DNA of 64,000 nucleotides from Rhodothermales bacterium (GTDB taxonomy: Bacteria > Bacteroidota > Rhodothermia > Rhodothermales > Bin80): positions 764,563-828,562 of the forward strand of contig OZ244061.1 in assembly GCA_965215475.1 (NCBI GenBank), given 5' to 3'. Below are positions 22,101 to 31,634 of the stretch, in pieces (within the stretch, counting starts at the first letter, position 1; each line of letters starts with the position of its first letter). The translations under genes were made by a program, and so were the position numbers. The notes under the pieces are model-generated. The model was not told the DNA's origin, did no database searches, and saw only the letters and a list, made by a program, of their open reading frames with translations.

Positions 22101-25100
22101 CCGTGTTTGTCGTATTGATGGCGCTCACCCGGTAATGGCGCGTGGACCCTGCACTAAGGCCGCGATCAATAAAGGTGGTGGCCGTACTTTCGGTGTCATC
22201 TTCGAGATCCGCCCAGTTACTCGTGCCATCGGCCGACCACTCTATCTTGTACCCACTCACCGCACTGCCTCCATTGTTGGACGGCGCCGTCCACGAAAGC
22301 ACAATCAAGGTGCGCCCACTGGCCGTGGCCGTCAAACTGGTTGGATCGCTGGGAACCGTATTCGTGCTGCCATCCACGGTGGTCCCCATCCCGGCGGTAG
22401 ACGCGGCACCTGTATTCACAGAGTTGATCGCACTGATCTGATAGTGCCGCGTGACTCCCGCCGAAAGCCCGCGATGGATATGGGTGGTTTGTGTTGATCG
22501 GGTATTGGTGGCCAGAGGGTTGTAATTGGTGCCTCCATCGGTCGACACATCGATCTTATAGCCGGTAATGGCTTCGCCCCCATTGTCGGCCGGCGCCGTC
22601 CATGAGACGATCAGTATCGTGCGTCCACTTGGGGTGACACTTACTGCAGTCGGCGCATCAGGGGCCATGATCGCTTCGGTGGTGGCACTCGTTGAACTTG
22701 ACGCCGTTGCACTCTCGCCCTGTGAGTTGCTGGCATATACCTGATAATCATAGCGCGTGTTTGGACTTCGCCCCGTATGACTGTAGGTCCGCGTCGTGCC
22801 CATATGCGCAGGATCAACATCACTCCAGCTACTGCCTTGATCGTCCGACCACTGAACGCGGTAGCCCGTGATATCGGCGCCCCCGGTGTTGGTGGGCGCA
22901 TCCCAAGAGAGAGTAATCGCAGTGCGTCCGTTGGCCGTGGCACTGAGATTTCCAGGGGGACTAGGCACGGTCGCCGCCATGGCAGCGGTGGTGGCATCGT
23001 CGGTGTTGGACGGCAAACTCTCCCCCTGCGCATTGATGGCATACACCCGGTAATGGCGCGTGGCACCGCCCAAAAGCCCCGTATCGCTGTAGGTCGTGCT
23101 CGTTGATTCGGTGTCATCTATCACATCCGCCCAGCCCGCAGTTCCATCCGACGACCACTCAATGTGGTACCCCGTGATGGCCGTGCCCCCAGTGTTGGCT
23201 GGCGCCGTCCACGACAGCACAATCGTCGTTGGCCCATTGGCGGACGCATTCAAACCCGTTGGATCACTGGAAATCGTATTGGTACTGCCATCTACCGTCG
23301 TCGCACTCGCTGGAATGGATGCTGTCCCCGTGTTTGTCGTATTGATGGCGCTCACCCGGTAATGGCGCGTGGACCCTGCACTAAGGCCGCGATCAATAAA
23401 GGTGGTGGCCGTACTTTCGGTGTCATCTTCGAGATCCGCCCAGTTACTCGTGCCATCGGCCGACCACTCTATCTTGTACCCACTCACCGCACTGCCTCCA
23501 TTGTTGGACGGCGCCGTCCACGTAAGCACAATCAAGGTGCGCCCACTGGCCGTGGCCGTCAAACTGGTTGGATCGCTGGGAACCGTATTCGTGCTGCCAT
23601 CCACGGTGGTGCCCATCCCGGCGGTAGACGCGGCGCCTGTATTCACAGAGTTGATCGCACTGATCTGATAATGCCGCGTGACTCCCGCCGAAAGCCCGCG
23701 ATGGATATGGGTGGTTTGTGTTGATCGGGTATTGGTGACCAGAGGGTTGTAATTGGTGCCTCCATCGGTCGACACATCGATCTTATAGCCGGTAATGGCT
23801 TCGCCCCCATTGTCGGACGGCGCCGTCCATGAGACGATCAGTATCGTGCGTCCACTTGGGGTGACACTTACTGCAGTCGGCGCATCAGGGGCCATGATCG
23901 CTTCGGTGGTGACACTCGTTGAACTTGACGCCGTTGCACTCTCGCCCTGTGAGTTGCTGGCATATACCTGATAATCATAGCGCGTGTTTGGACTTCGCCC
24001 CGTATGACTGTAGGTCCGCGTCGTGCCCGTATGCGCAGGATCAACATCACTCCAGCTACTGCCTTGATCGTCCGACCACTGAACGCGGTAGCCCGTGATA
24101 TCGGCGCCCCCGGTGTTGGTGGGCGCATCCCAAGAGAGAGTAATCGCAGTGCGTCCGTTGGCCGTGGCACTGAGATTTCCAGGGGGACCAGGCACGGTGT
24201 TCATCCCCGCTGTGACGACATTGGACCAGGTGCCGGTGGTGCCCGCCGAATTGATTGCACCGACCCGGTACTGACGCACGGTGGTGAGCGTTTGACTGGT
24301 ATGGGCGTAGGTCACCCCATCATCCATAGTGTCATCTTCAACATCCGTCCAATTGCTACCCCCGTCCGTGGATTGTTCAATCTCATAACCCGTGATGACA
24401 CTACACTTGTCGCTCACCGCTGGCGCGGTCCACGATAAATTAAAGGTGCTGGTGCCATCACTGGTGGCGGTCAGCCCCGTCGGGGCAGCCGGAACGGCGA
24501 CGGTGCCCGTGGTCGCATAGGCTTCGTCAGACAGGGCACTATCTTCAAACTCATCATCTTCCATATAGACCCGATACCCATAGCAGGTATTGGTATCCAG
24601 ACCCGTATCGGTGATCATGAGGGTGGAAGCACCAACTTGACTATCAAGAGTCCATGAATCTCCGTCATTGTTACTGCGAAATACATAGTAGTTCATCACC
24701 GTTCGTCCACTGGGAAGATCTGTCGGGGCGACCCAGGCTACATCAATGGATGTTCCCGTATTCTTGGTCGCCGTCACCCCGGTGGGGATTCCCGTCCCGC
24801 TACGGGCCACCGCGGTTACCGTGACGACCGCCGACGGGGGGCTCTCAACATCATCCGCATTGACTACTTTGATGCGGTAATAAAACTCTTCCCCCGGCGT
24901 GAGCAGACTACTGACATGGCGCTCGGCCGGAGAATCCGTGTTGTTGGTTGGCTCGGCCAGCACCTCCCAGCTGGTGTTGTCCGTTGACCATTCCAGAATA
25001 TGCTTTTTGAAGGCCGCACCCCCAAGACTGGTCGCTGGAGAGGTATCCCATTGAAGCGTAATGGCATGAAAGGCTGTCGTCGTTACTCGTAGACTGGTCG

Positions 25101-27939
25101 GTGCAGCCGGCACGGTCACCGATGCCTGCAAGACACTGGACGCTGCACCCGCGCCACGTGCATTGATCGCGCGAACCCGGTACCAGCGTGTATCCCCCGC
25201 CGAGAGCCCTGTATGAGAATAGGTGGTCCCCGTCTGACTGTCCACCAACTCGGTAAAGGTCGTTCCGTCTTCAGAGACCTCAATCTTGTAGCCTGTAATC
25301 GCGCTCCCCCAGGTCTGCGTCGGTGCGGTCCAAGACAGTGCAATGCTCGTGGCCGCCGGGGTGGAGGTGAGACTAGTCGGCGCAGCGGGTGCGCCAAAGG
25401 TGAGCGAAGCGGGGATGGACGGATCTCTTAAAACAAAGCCTTGGGTATAAACGCCCACACGATAGCTATAAGTGGTGCCTGCAGTCAAGCCATCACTATC
25501 GGTATATGTCAATGTAGTGGCAGACAATGTGGTGGAAAGTGCTCGCCAGCTGTCTCCGCTATTGGCCGTCCGATACACTTCAAAAAATTGCACTGGATCG
25601 GATGACAAATCCGTTGGGGCCGTCCACGAAACCGTCACCTCCGTCGCCGATGTCTGCGATGCGGTCACCCCCGTAGGAATGCCCGTTGAAGTGAATGCCT
25701 TTGCAGTCACGTTTCGGGCCACAGACGCAGGGCCCGCCCCCGCTGAATTCACCGCGCTCACCCGGTAGTAAAACGTCTCACCGGGCGTCAACAAACGGCT
25801 GTAGTGGTCATATCTTGGTATAAGGCCGGCAGCGACGCCCGTGGCCAACACCTCCCATGTTGAATTATCGGTAGACCATTCAACGGTGTAGCTAGTAATA
25901 GGCGTGCTTCCCGTGCTACTCGGTGGATCTATTCCTACATAGACATATTGATACTGTTGACTACCAATTATTGAAATCGTAGGAGCGCCGGGCGGCTCCC
26001 CGATGGTAATGCTCTGAACTGCGGTCGGTTGGCCTGTGCCCCGTGCATTGATGGCACGGACCCGGTAATGACGCACATCGCCGGCCGAGAGTCCGGTGTG
26101 CGAATACGTAGTCCCCGTCTGACTGGCGACCAGCTCGGTAAAGGTGTCGCCATCGGTAGAGACCTCAATCTGATAGCCGGTGACGGCGCTCCCCCAGGTC
26201 TGCGTCGGGGCGGTCCAAGACAGATCAATGCTGGTGCGCCCTGAGCCAACCGTCGCTGTAAACGAGGTCGGCACGCTGGGCGCACCAACGGTCAGCGAAT
26301 CGGGCGGCGAAAGATCGTACTCAAAGGACGCATCGGTTTGAACGGCCACACGATAGCCGTAGGTATTCCCAACCGTCAACCCGTCATCATCAACATACGA
26401 GGATGCTGTGTGGCTGATACTGCCGTCAAGTTGCTCCCAAAGCTCTCCGCTATTGGCCGTCCGATACACCTGATAGAAGGCAATTCCATCTGTAGTACCA
26501 TCCGCATCCGGCACATCCGTTGGGGCCGTCCACGACACTGTGACTTCACCGGCCGCCGTCTGCAGTGCCCGCACATCAGTGGGCACGCCCGCACCACTGG
26601 CACGAGAAACCGCCACCGCACTAGCAGACGTAGAAGGCGGGCTCGCCCCCGCGGAATTGACCGCACGCACCCGGTAGTAAAACGTCTCGCCTACGGTCAG
26701 CAAACTGCTAAAATGTTCATAGTATCCAGTATTGCCTGCAGCGGGCTGGTCCACAACCTCCCAGTTGGTATCATCGGTAGACCATTCGATGATATGGCTG
26801 GTAATCGGCGGCGTGATCGTAGGTGTCCGATCCCAATTCAGAACGATATTATGAAGCCGGACGCCACCGGCTGTTAATCCCGTTGGCGCGGCGGGCGGGA
26901 GCTGCGTAGTGAAGGCATCGGACCACGCGCCAAAGCCCGCCGAATTCTTTGCCCGCACCTGGTACTGACGGCTCGTCGCAATCGTCTGCCCTGTATGCGC
27001 ATACATCACCGCGTCATCGCCCGTGTCGGCTGCGACATCACTCCACGTATCGCTGCTACTGGCGCGCTCCTGGATCTGATAGCCCGTGATCGCGCTGCAC
27101 TTGTCAGATGCCGGCGCTGTCCAACTCAAATTGAAGGTCGTCCCCGTGCCCGTGGCCGTCAAGCCCGTTGGGGCCGCAGGAGTGGTGACCGTCCCCGTCG
27201 TCGCGTAGGCGGGGTCGGAGAGGTGGCTTTTTCTATAAGATGGCACATAATCCGCGATAACCCGATACCCGTAGCAGGTATTCGCACTCAAGCCCGTGTT
27301 GGTGAATGCTTGATTAGAAGCCCCGATGTTATTCTCTATTATAGTCCACAAATCACCATCATTTGTGGTGCGCAAGAGTTGATAAAATGATACGGATTGA
27401 TTATCTGGAATATCGGTCGCATCCGTCCACGAGACCTCAATGGAGGTGCCATCACTTTGCAGGGTTGCCGTCACCCCAGTGATAACGCCCCATCCACTGC
27501 GTGCCACCGCGGTTGCGGTGACGACATCCGACGGTGGACTCACCTCATCATTGGTATTGACGACCTTAAATCGGTAGTAATAGTCGTTTCCCGGCGTCAG
27601 TAGATTGCTGTAGTGATTAAAACCGCTTGTAAATTGGGCAGTACTCTCCCCCGCCACCGACCAGGTGCTGTTGTCTGAAGACCATTCAAAGATATACTTT
27701 GAAAATCCTGCGCCGCCTAAGGAACCGCTTGTAGCGACAGTAAAATTCAGACTCGTTTGATGAAATGCACTATATGCGACAGTCAGACCGGTGGGCTTAT
27801 CTGGAGGGGCGCTGCTGGGCAGTCTGGTTCGAAGAGACGGATCGGCTACCGCGAAGGTTGTAGATGCGGTTTCGCTTGGATCTACCGAATTCCAAGTTGT
27901 ATGCTCACTGCCGTCCGCAGACGCCACGCCATCCTCCAC
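19162..27939 (-). CDS. Giant secreted surface protein: ~two dozen fibronectin type III domains, Calx-beta-like and Ig-like domains, T9SS C-terminal domain
   Basis: Repeated LSWTAP..GG..ITGY...Y.V.AIN FN3 motifs; DDEPNETIIITL; LP.GL.FD..TLSG.P; NYPNPF...LPSGPY sorting domain. This ORF lacks a signal peptide, which lies out of frame upstream. Confidence 0.93.
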   Translation of the reverse strand: MEDGVASADGSEHTTWNSVDPSETASTTFAVADPSLRTRLPSSAPPDKPTGLTVAYSAFHQTSLNFTVATSGSLGGAGFSKYIFEWSSDNSTWSVAGESTAQFTSGFNHYSNLLTPGNDYYYRFKVVNTNDEVSPPSDVVTATAVARSGWGVITGVTATLQSDGTSIEVSWTDATDIPDNQSVSFYQLLRTTNDGDLWTIIENNIGASNQAFTNTGLSANTCYGYRVIADYVPSYRKSHLSDPAYATTGTVTTPAAPTGLTATGTGTTFNLSWTAPASDKCSAITGYQIQERASSSDTWSDVAADTGDDAVMYAHTGQTIATSRQYQVRAKNSAGFGAWSDAFTTQLPPAAPTGLTAGGVRLHNIVLNWDRTPTITPPITSHIIEWSTDDTNWEVVDQPAAGNTGYYEHFSSLLTVGETFYYRVRAVNSAGASPPSTSASAVAVSRASGAGVPTDVRALQTAAGEVTVSWTAPTDVPDADGTTDGIAFYQVYRTANSGELWEQLDGSISHTASSYVDDDGLTVGNTYGYRVAVQTDASFEYDLSPPDSLTVGAPSVPTSFTATVGSGRTSIDLSWTAPTQTWGSAVTGYQIEVSTDGDTFTELVASQTGTTYSHTGLSAGDVRHYRVRAINARGTGQPTAVQSITIGEPPGAPTISIIGSQQYQYVYVGIDPPSSTGSTPITSYTVEWSTDNSTWEVLATGVAAGLIPRYDHYSRLLTPGETFYYRVSAVNSAGAGPASVARNVTAKAFTSTGIPTGVTASQTSATEVTVSWTAPTDLSSDPVQFFEVYRTANSGDSWRALSTTLSATTLTYTDSDGLTAGTTYSYRVGVYTQGFVLRDPSIPASLTFGAPAAPTSLTSTPAATSIALSWTAPTQTWGSAITGYKIEVSEDGTTFTELVDSQTGTTYSHTGLSAGDTRWYRVRAINARGAGAASSVLQASVTVPAAPTSLRVTTTAFHAITLQWDTSPATSLGGAAFKKHILEWSTDNTSWEVLAEPTNNTDSPAERHVSSLLTPGEEFYYRIKVVNADDVESPPSAVVTVTAVARSGTGIPTGVTATKNTGTSIDVAWVAPTDLPSGRTVMNYYVFRSNNDGDSWTLDSQVGASTLMITDTGLDTNTCYGYRVYMEDDEFEDSALSDEAYATTGTVAVPAAPTGLTATSDGTSTFNLSWTAPAVSDKCSVITGYEIEQSTDGGSNWTDVEDDTMDDGVTYAHTSQTLTTVRQYRVGAINSAGTTGTWSNVVTAGMNTVPGPPGNLSATANGRTAITLSWDAPTNTGGADITGYRVQWSDDQGSSWSDVDPAHTGTTRTYSHTGRSPNTRYDYQVYASNSQGESATASSSTSVTTEAIMAPDAPTAVSVTPSGRTILIVSWTAPSDNGGEAITGYKIDVSTDGGTNYNPLVTNTRSTQTTHIHRGLSAGVTRHYQISAINSVNTGAASTAGMGTTVDGSTNTVPSDPTSLTATASGRTLIVLTWTAPSNNGGSAVSGYKIEWSADGTSNWADLEDDTESTATTFIDRGLSAGSTRHYRVSAINTTNTGTASIPASATTVDGSTNTISSDPTGLNASANGPTTIVLSWTAPANTGGTAITGYHIEWSSDGTAGWADVIDDTESTSTTYSDTGLLGGATRHYRVYAINAQGESLPSNTDDATTAAMAATVPSPPGNLSATANGRTAITLSWDAPTNTGGADITGYRVQWSDDQGSSWSDVDPAHMGTTRTYSHTGRSPNTRYDYQVYASNSQGESATASSSTSATTEAIMAPDAPTAVSVTPSGRTILIVSWTAPADNGGEAITGYKIDVSTDGGTNYNPLATNTRSTQTTHIHRGLSAGVTRHYQISAINSVNTGAASTAGMGTTVDGSTNTVPSDPTSLTATASGRTLIVLSWTAPSNNGGSAVSGYKIEWSADGTSNWADLEDDTESTATTFIDRGLSAGSTRHYRVSAINTTNTGTASIPASATTVDGSTNTIPSDPTGLNASANGPTTIDLSWTAPANTGGTAITGYHIEWSSDGTAGWADVMDDTESTSTTYSDTGLLGGATRHYRVYAINAQGESLPSNTDDATTAAAVRPGAPQNLVATASGRTTINLKWDLPTSDGGARISSYRVQWSADGNALWTNVDPAHSGTDRTYSDTGLDPSTRRHYRVYASNSVGESASASATDDATTAAVTATRPGPPGNLSATANGRTAIALSWDAPTNTGGADITGYRVQWSADGNAPWTNAIPAHSGPDRTYSDTGLNPSTTRHYRVYVSNSVGESTSASTPANATTEAIMAPDAPTALSVTPSGRTILVVSWTAPTDNGGAAITGYRVEWSADGTSWANLEDDSESTLTMFIDRGLSPGTTRYYRTRAINAEGSSPPSNVADGTTVDRATPAIPSDPLELTATTTLPVVLSWQAPADNGGEAITGYQVQWSADGQPPWNPLGERQTSTTYTDHHSDRHYRVSAINRVGESLPSNVVTKAATQPQVRFTRASARIDETAGTYQVQVTGRPSVSYTLSGTATQDVDYAITADLRITIIDDLDDEPNETIIITLTGDNLANPYVFTLTIVDNDVPSLSFTQTVSNQSYLVGVDIKDLELPEARYGTRPYSYTLTPEVPKGLKFDARTLSGTPTEVMAPTIFTYTVTDANTQSASQTFTIEVKVPPSLTFAEAVVDQRYPVQIPLTNQVLPAAIGGIGPYSYTLTPELPVGLTFDTQTRTLSGVPSEVAEAVTYTYTAQDRLGARIEQTFSLEIYQMAFTGTIADRTYDRGVTIAPWVLPEVSDGVPPIAYTLTLLDFPLGLRYNAQTRTIYGMPAEVIQPVPMTYTATDQNGAQDSLKFTIEVLSPTQTEANQKVPQEFRVYPNYPNPFYRSTHLVFDLPWAAQVQVEVLDLTGRRVMAIPAVQLSAGWRHELELTDLDLPSGPYLYRMIATSLEDQKSSVYTGHVIRVQ
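21760..24198. repeat. Near-identical internal tandem duplication, 1227-bp period (409 aa, 4 FN3 domains)
   Basis: cggtgttggacggc at 21774 and 23001; antisense ORFs in the track repeat at a 1227-bp offset; ends approximate. Confidence 0.9.
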
Positions 27940-27952
27940 CGTGGCGGGTTGT

Positions 27953-28117
27953 TTATTTAAAAAATGGGGGGGGGGGGGGGGGTGAATTCAACTCCACAGC
28001 CTCCCCCATCTGCGCAGAGGTCGTCTCTACACCAAACAGGACCACACACCACAAAATCACATGCATCATGCAGGATCGGAAAAGGGCACGCGTGCCCGCA
28101 AATTCGTTAGGTCTCAT
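27953..28117 (-). CDS. Out-of-frame signal-peptide segment of the giant FN3 gene
   Basis: MRPNEFAGTRALFRSCMMHVILWCVVLFGVETTSAQMGEAVELNSPPPPPPFFK*. With C16 instead of C17 it reads PPPPPHFLNKQPATVEDG into the 2925-aa ORF. Confidence 0.85.
   Translation of the reverse strand: MRPNEFAGTRALFRSCMMHVILWCVVLFGVETTSAQMGEAVELNSPPPPPPFFK
27959..27987 (-). repeat. Homopolymer cassette ATTCA-C17-ATTTTTT (out of frame)
   Basis: G17 at 27966-27982 on + strand. Confidence 0.9.
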
Positions 28118-28118
28118 C

Positions 28119-28139
28119 AAAAAATGGGGGGGGGTGAAT
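28119..28139 (-). repeat. Homopolymer cassette ATTCA-C9-ATTTTTT at the extreme 5' end of the FN3 gene
   Basis: G9 at 28126-28134. ATG at 28146 reads MFHSPPPIF*; C10 would read MFHSPPPHFLMRPNE into the signal peptide. Confidence 0.85.
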
Positions 28140-28548
28140 GGAACATCGTTCAGGGTAAGTCAAGTATTCACAAGGAAAAATATGGTTTGTTCAGACAAAT
28201 ACAGACAAAGATAAAAAAAAGATCCAAGTTCTTGTAAATAGCCTAACATCAGATGAAATTCAGCGCAGCGGTATCATTCAACCAGAACTGTCCTACCATA
28301 AGATCCTGTATCTTGTAAGGGACTGCGAACAAAGCATACGTTAAGTTCAACCCATAATATTCACGACGATTGAGTTTTAAGTTATTTTCACCAAACTGGA
28401 GCTTTTTTTCTGAGGTCCTGCTATACTGTTTCTACGCCCATTCCAGTGGGGGGGCCACGGATAGAACGTACGGTTTTTATCCTGAGATGTATGGAGTGGG
28501 TGCCGTTCTTTTTTCAGAAATTTATTTCCCCCATTTGGGGAACCCTTT

Positions 28549-30043
28549 ATGAAGCTCAAACCACCGCCAAGGTTCCACGTAAAGCCGACCTTCCACCGCT
28601 CCTTAGAGGTCAAGACACAGAACATCCCACGACCTCCGATGTGGGATCGATTGTGATGCGCTCCATGGTTGACAAGATGGGAATGGTTCCTTTTCTGGTC
28701 TGTACGATCCTCGGGATCCGAATCGGATCACACATTCGTGGGTCCAGTTGCGGATCCAATGTATCCTGATGTTGGCTCAAGGCTGGGGGATGCTCCAGTC
28801 CAACCGCGTCATGGATGATCCAGCTCTGAAGGCATCCTGCCAGATCAAGCGAGGCGGTACGGTCACCGGCCCCGATGTTCAATTGGCATCGCAACCAACG
28901 AGGTCGAGACGGCGATCGCTTCTCCGTACCGCGAAGAATTACGCTCGCCTCATTTGAAGCTCAGACGGGAACATATGTGGGTGCGTCATGGTGCACAGCA
29001 TCAGGCGATTGCCCTCCTTGCTACGGATTCCATGGCCGTGGAAGTTCACGGCCATCAACAGGGAGCGAAGGACCATGGACCCGCTAAGCCGAATGGATTT
29101 CTTCCCCAGATACTCCAGCGGGGAGACGGGGGAGGTCCTTGGAGCATGATTACGTCCAGGCACGGATCCAGAACCCAAAGGCTTCCCCCACTTCATGGTT
29201 ACGATCGCCTTGAAGGTGAAACAACGCATTGCAGATCAAGGGATGGTTTGGATGCGGGCTTGAATGGGGAGCAGACCTGTGCACCCTTGGAATTGGATGG
29301 ACTCGATCATGCGTGGGACCCGCAATACGCGATGGAGTCAGATGGCAGCCCCCGATCTCCATGATTGCAGAGAAGATACGGTCCGATCCATGGAACTCGT
29401 GTATCACGCCGATAAATGGAGCCTCCCATGTCGGGTCCTTTTCGTGATCCGACCGCGCCCATAAGAGCTTTTCGATGGATCGTACTTTTTCGTGACTAGT
29501 CTTGATTCGTCCGAGGAGGAGATCGCCAAGATGGATCGTCAACGCGGGAAAGCAGCGTTGCCTCAGGGGGAGAGGAAAGCGGCGTGTACCTGTGCCTTTC
29601 CGTCTTCACCACGCAAGAAGAGCCAGGATCGGGTTCCCGTGATCGAGGAGAGCGTTCCAGGAGACGATGATGAAGTAGGCATGGAGAATGCGGTGCGGTT
29701 CCTGCTCGACATGCAGGTCAATCCGCTCATGCATCTTGGTCGATGCACCCTAGCAGAAACCAGAAGCGATGGAAACATCTACGCAGCAGGCATCTGCATC
29801 CGGGAACGACACGCCATGGTGTTCCCCGGACGTAGAGAGAGCCACCGAAGTCTGCACCTTCGCCGAGGAACCCCAGACCACGGAGGAGGAACCTCACATG
29901 CATATTCGCACCTTCAGAGAACAAGTCCTGAACGTCGGGGCGGTGATGATGGGCGTTACCTCCGATTCCGCAGTGCTCCATCTGCTATAGAAGCCTGGAA
30001 GCGGCGCTGGGAACACTTCGGAACGTTGGACTGGCACGAGTGA
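28549..30043 (+). pseudogene. Degraded IS1380-family transposase
   Basis: Fragments across frames: FHRSLEV..TSDVG, LMLAQGW..DDPAL..LASQPT, EVHGHQQG, RQRGKA, FREQVLNV. Confidence 0.75.
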
Positions 30044-30222
30044 CCAAGCGTCTAAACTCCCTCCTTTGAGGTCTTTTTAGAACGGTGGGAGAGCACGGAA
30101 ATACGTGGCATGGGAAAGATCGGTCCATGCCATACGAATCATGGAAAAAAAGACCTTTCTCTCATCAAAAATAGGTGACTCTTCTCCAAATTTGACAGAT
30201 CGTGTCAAAACATTCCACTACT

Positions 30223-31330
30223 TTAGTGTCCGTCCGAAAAATCAATACTCATAAAAAAGGTTCCCCTGAGCCTGTTCTGAGCGGTTTTTTCTTCGATTTA
30301 TTTTAACTCAGGATCCATTTATTTGCGGCATTTTGGATGTTTCTGCGTTAAAGGTACAGGAAACAGGGATTTACGCGTTCAGATCCCGATGTTCTTCCTA
30401 CCTCTTCGACCGAATTGGATTCATCTTCATCTTTGAGCTGCCGAAATTTCAGGAGAAAATATACCATGTTCAAACGTCCATTGGCCGGATCCCGCTTGAG
30501 GAGATTCATCTCTACCCAAATAGCCGGGATGATACGACTGCGTATCTGGAAGGCTTTCGCGCCCTCCTTTTGGATGACCAAACGCGGAAGGACCTCATCC
30601 ACTTGCTGGAAGAACACTTGGGGTCCGCACCCGTCGGGGGCGTCCTGGAATGGATTTGCTCGGGAGGGTTCTGTTCGCAGAGTGAAAGCAGGCGACCCAT
30701 TGTGACGATGACCGTTTCACCTTGTTGGCAAATGAGTTGAAGGTGTTACGCCATATGATGGGGCATGGTCGTGAGGATCCCAAGCAGTATAGTCGGCAAT
30801 GTATTCATGATAACGTATCCAAGTGTTCGGTGGAACGTTTGACGCAAATCAATGCGTGGATCGTCAAGCTTGGTCACAGGACGATCGGGAAAACGGGGGG
30901 AACGATGAAGTGTCGGAGTGACTCCAAGGTGGTCACGACGAATGTACATGATCCTACGGACTTGAGCCTCTTGTGGGATAGTGCTTGCTTCGCGTATGCG
31001 TGGGTTGGGCCCTCTATTTTGAATTTGCAGGCTGGCGCCCGCACGAGAGTTTATTGAAAAAGGTATATCGGGGGGTTCAATCGTCCCGAAAAGGTCGGAA
31101 AGTATACCAAGCCGAGCGGGTGCAAAGGTATCTGGGGTGCTGCGAGAAGATCCGCAAGAAAGCCGTATAGTTGGTGGATTGGTTGAAGCAGATGGAATCG
31201 GAAGCCAATGCCCACGAGAGGAAGCAACGCCACACCGCGATCCACGAGATTTCCTTGTATTTGGACTACTATTCGCCTGGCAATCTGCAACCAAGTGGAC
31301 ATCCGCAGAAGTGATGGAGCATAGGGCCAC
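30223..31330 (+). mobile_element. Degraded ISNCY (ISDol1-like) element
   Basis: Putative end TTAGTGTCCGTCCGAAAAA at 30223. Transposase fragments IGRIPLEEI..SRDD, LANELKVLRHMMGHG, DSKVVTTNVHDPTDLSLLWD; multiple frameshifts; 3' end approximate. Confidence 0.7.
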
Positions 31331-31634
31331 CCAAGTGAAATTTACAAGCCCCTACCATATACCATGCGCAGAAGTTAGGTCGTGTATACCAGTGGATCAT
31401 AACATTTGTGGTGCCTCCCCAAAAGAAACAGACCAAGATCTACGAGATCTGCAAGGAATATAGAGATAATTCAAGTTCAATCTCGCATCCCCCAGCGACA
31501 GAACCTATAATCTTATGATTGCTACCCGTAAAGGCCGTGACTTCCCTAGATTTTGAATCACCTCATGGATTCATTTAGGAACCCTTGTAGCAGATCACGG
31601 TGAAATAGGGTTGCTTAAAAATCAGATATATCCA

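Noticed and set aside
21760-24198. Template/variable repeat pair of a diversity-generating retroelement
   Set aside because: The copies are in-frame domain duplications, I saw no adenine-specific pattern in the differences, and there is no intact reverse transcriptase in the window.
19221-27985. Many + strand and alternative-frame ORFs inside the giant gene
   Set aside because: Shadow ORFs of a GC-rich repetitive coding sequence.
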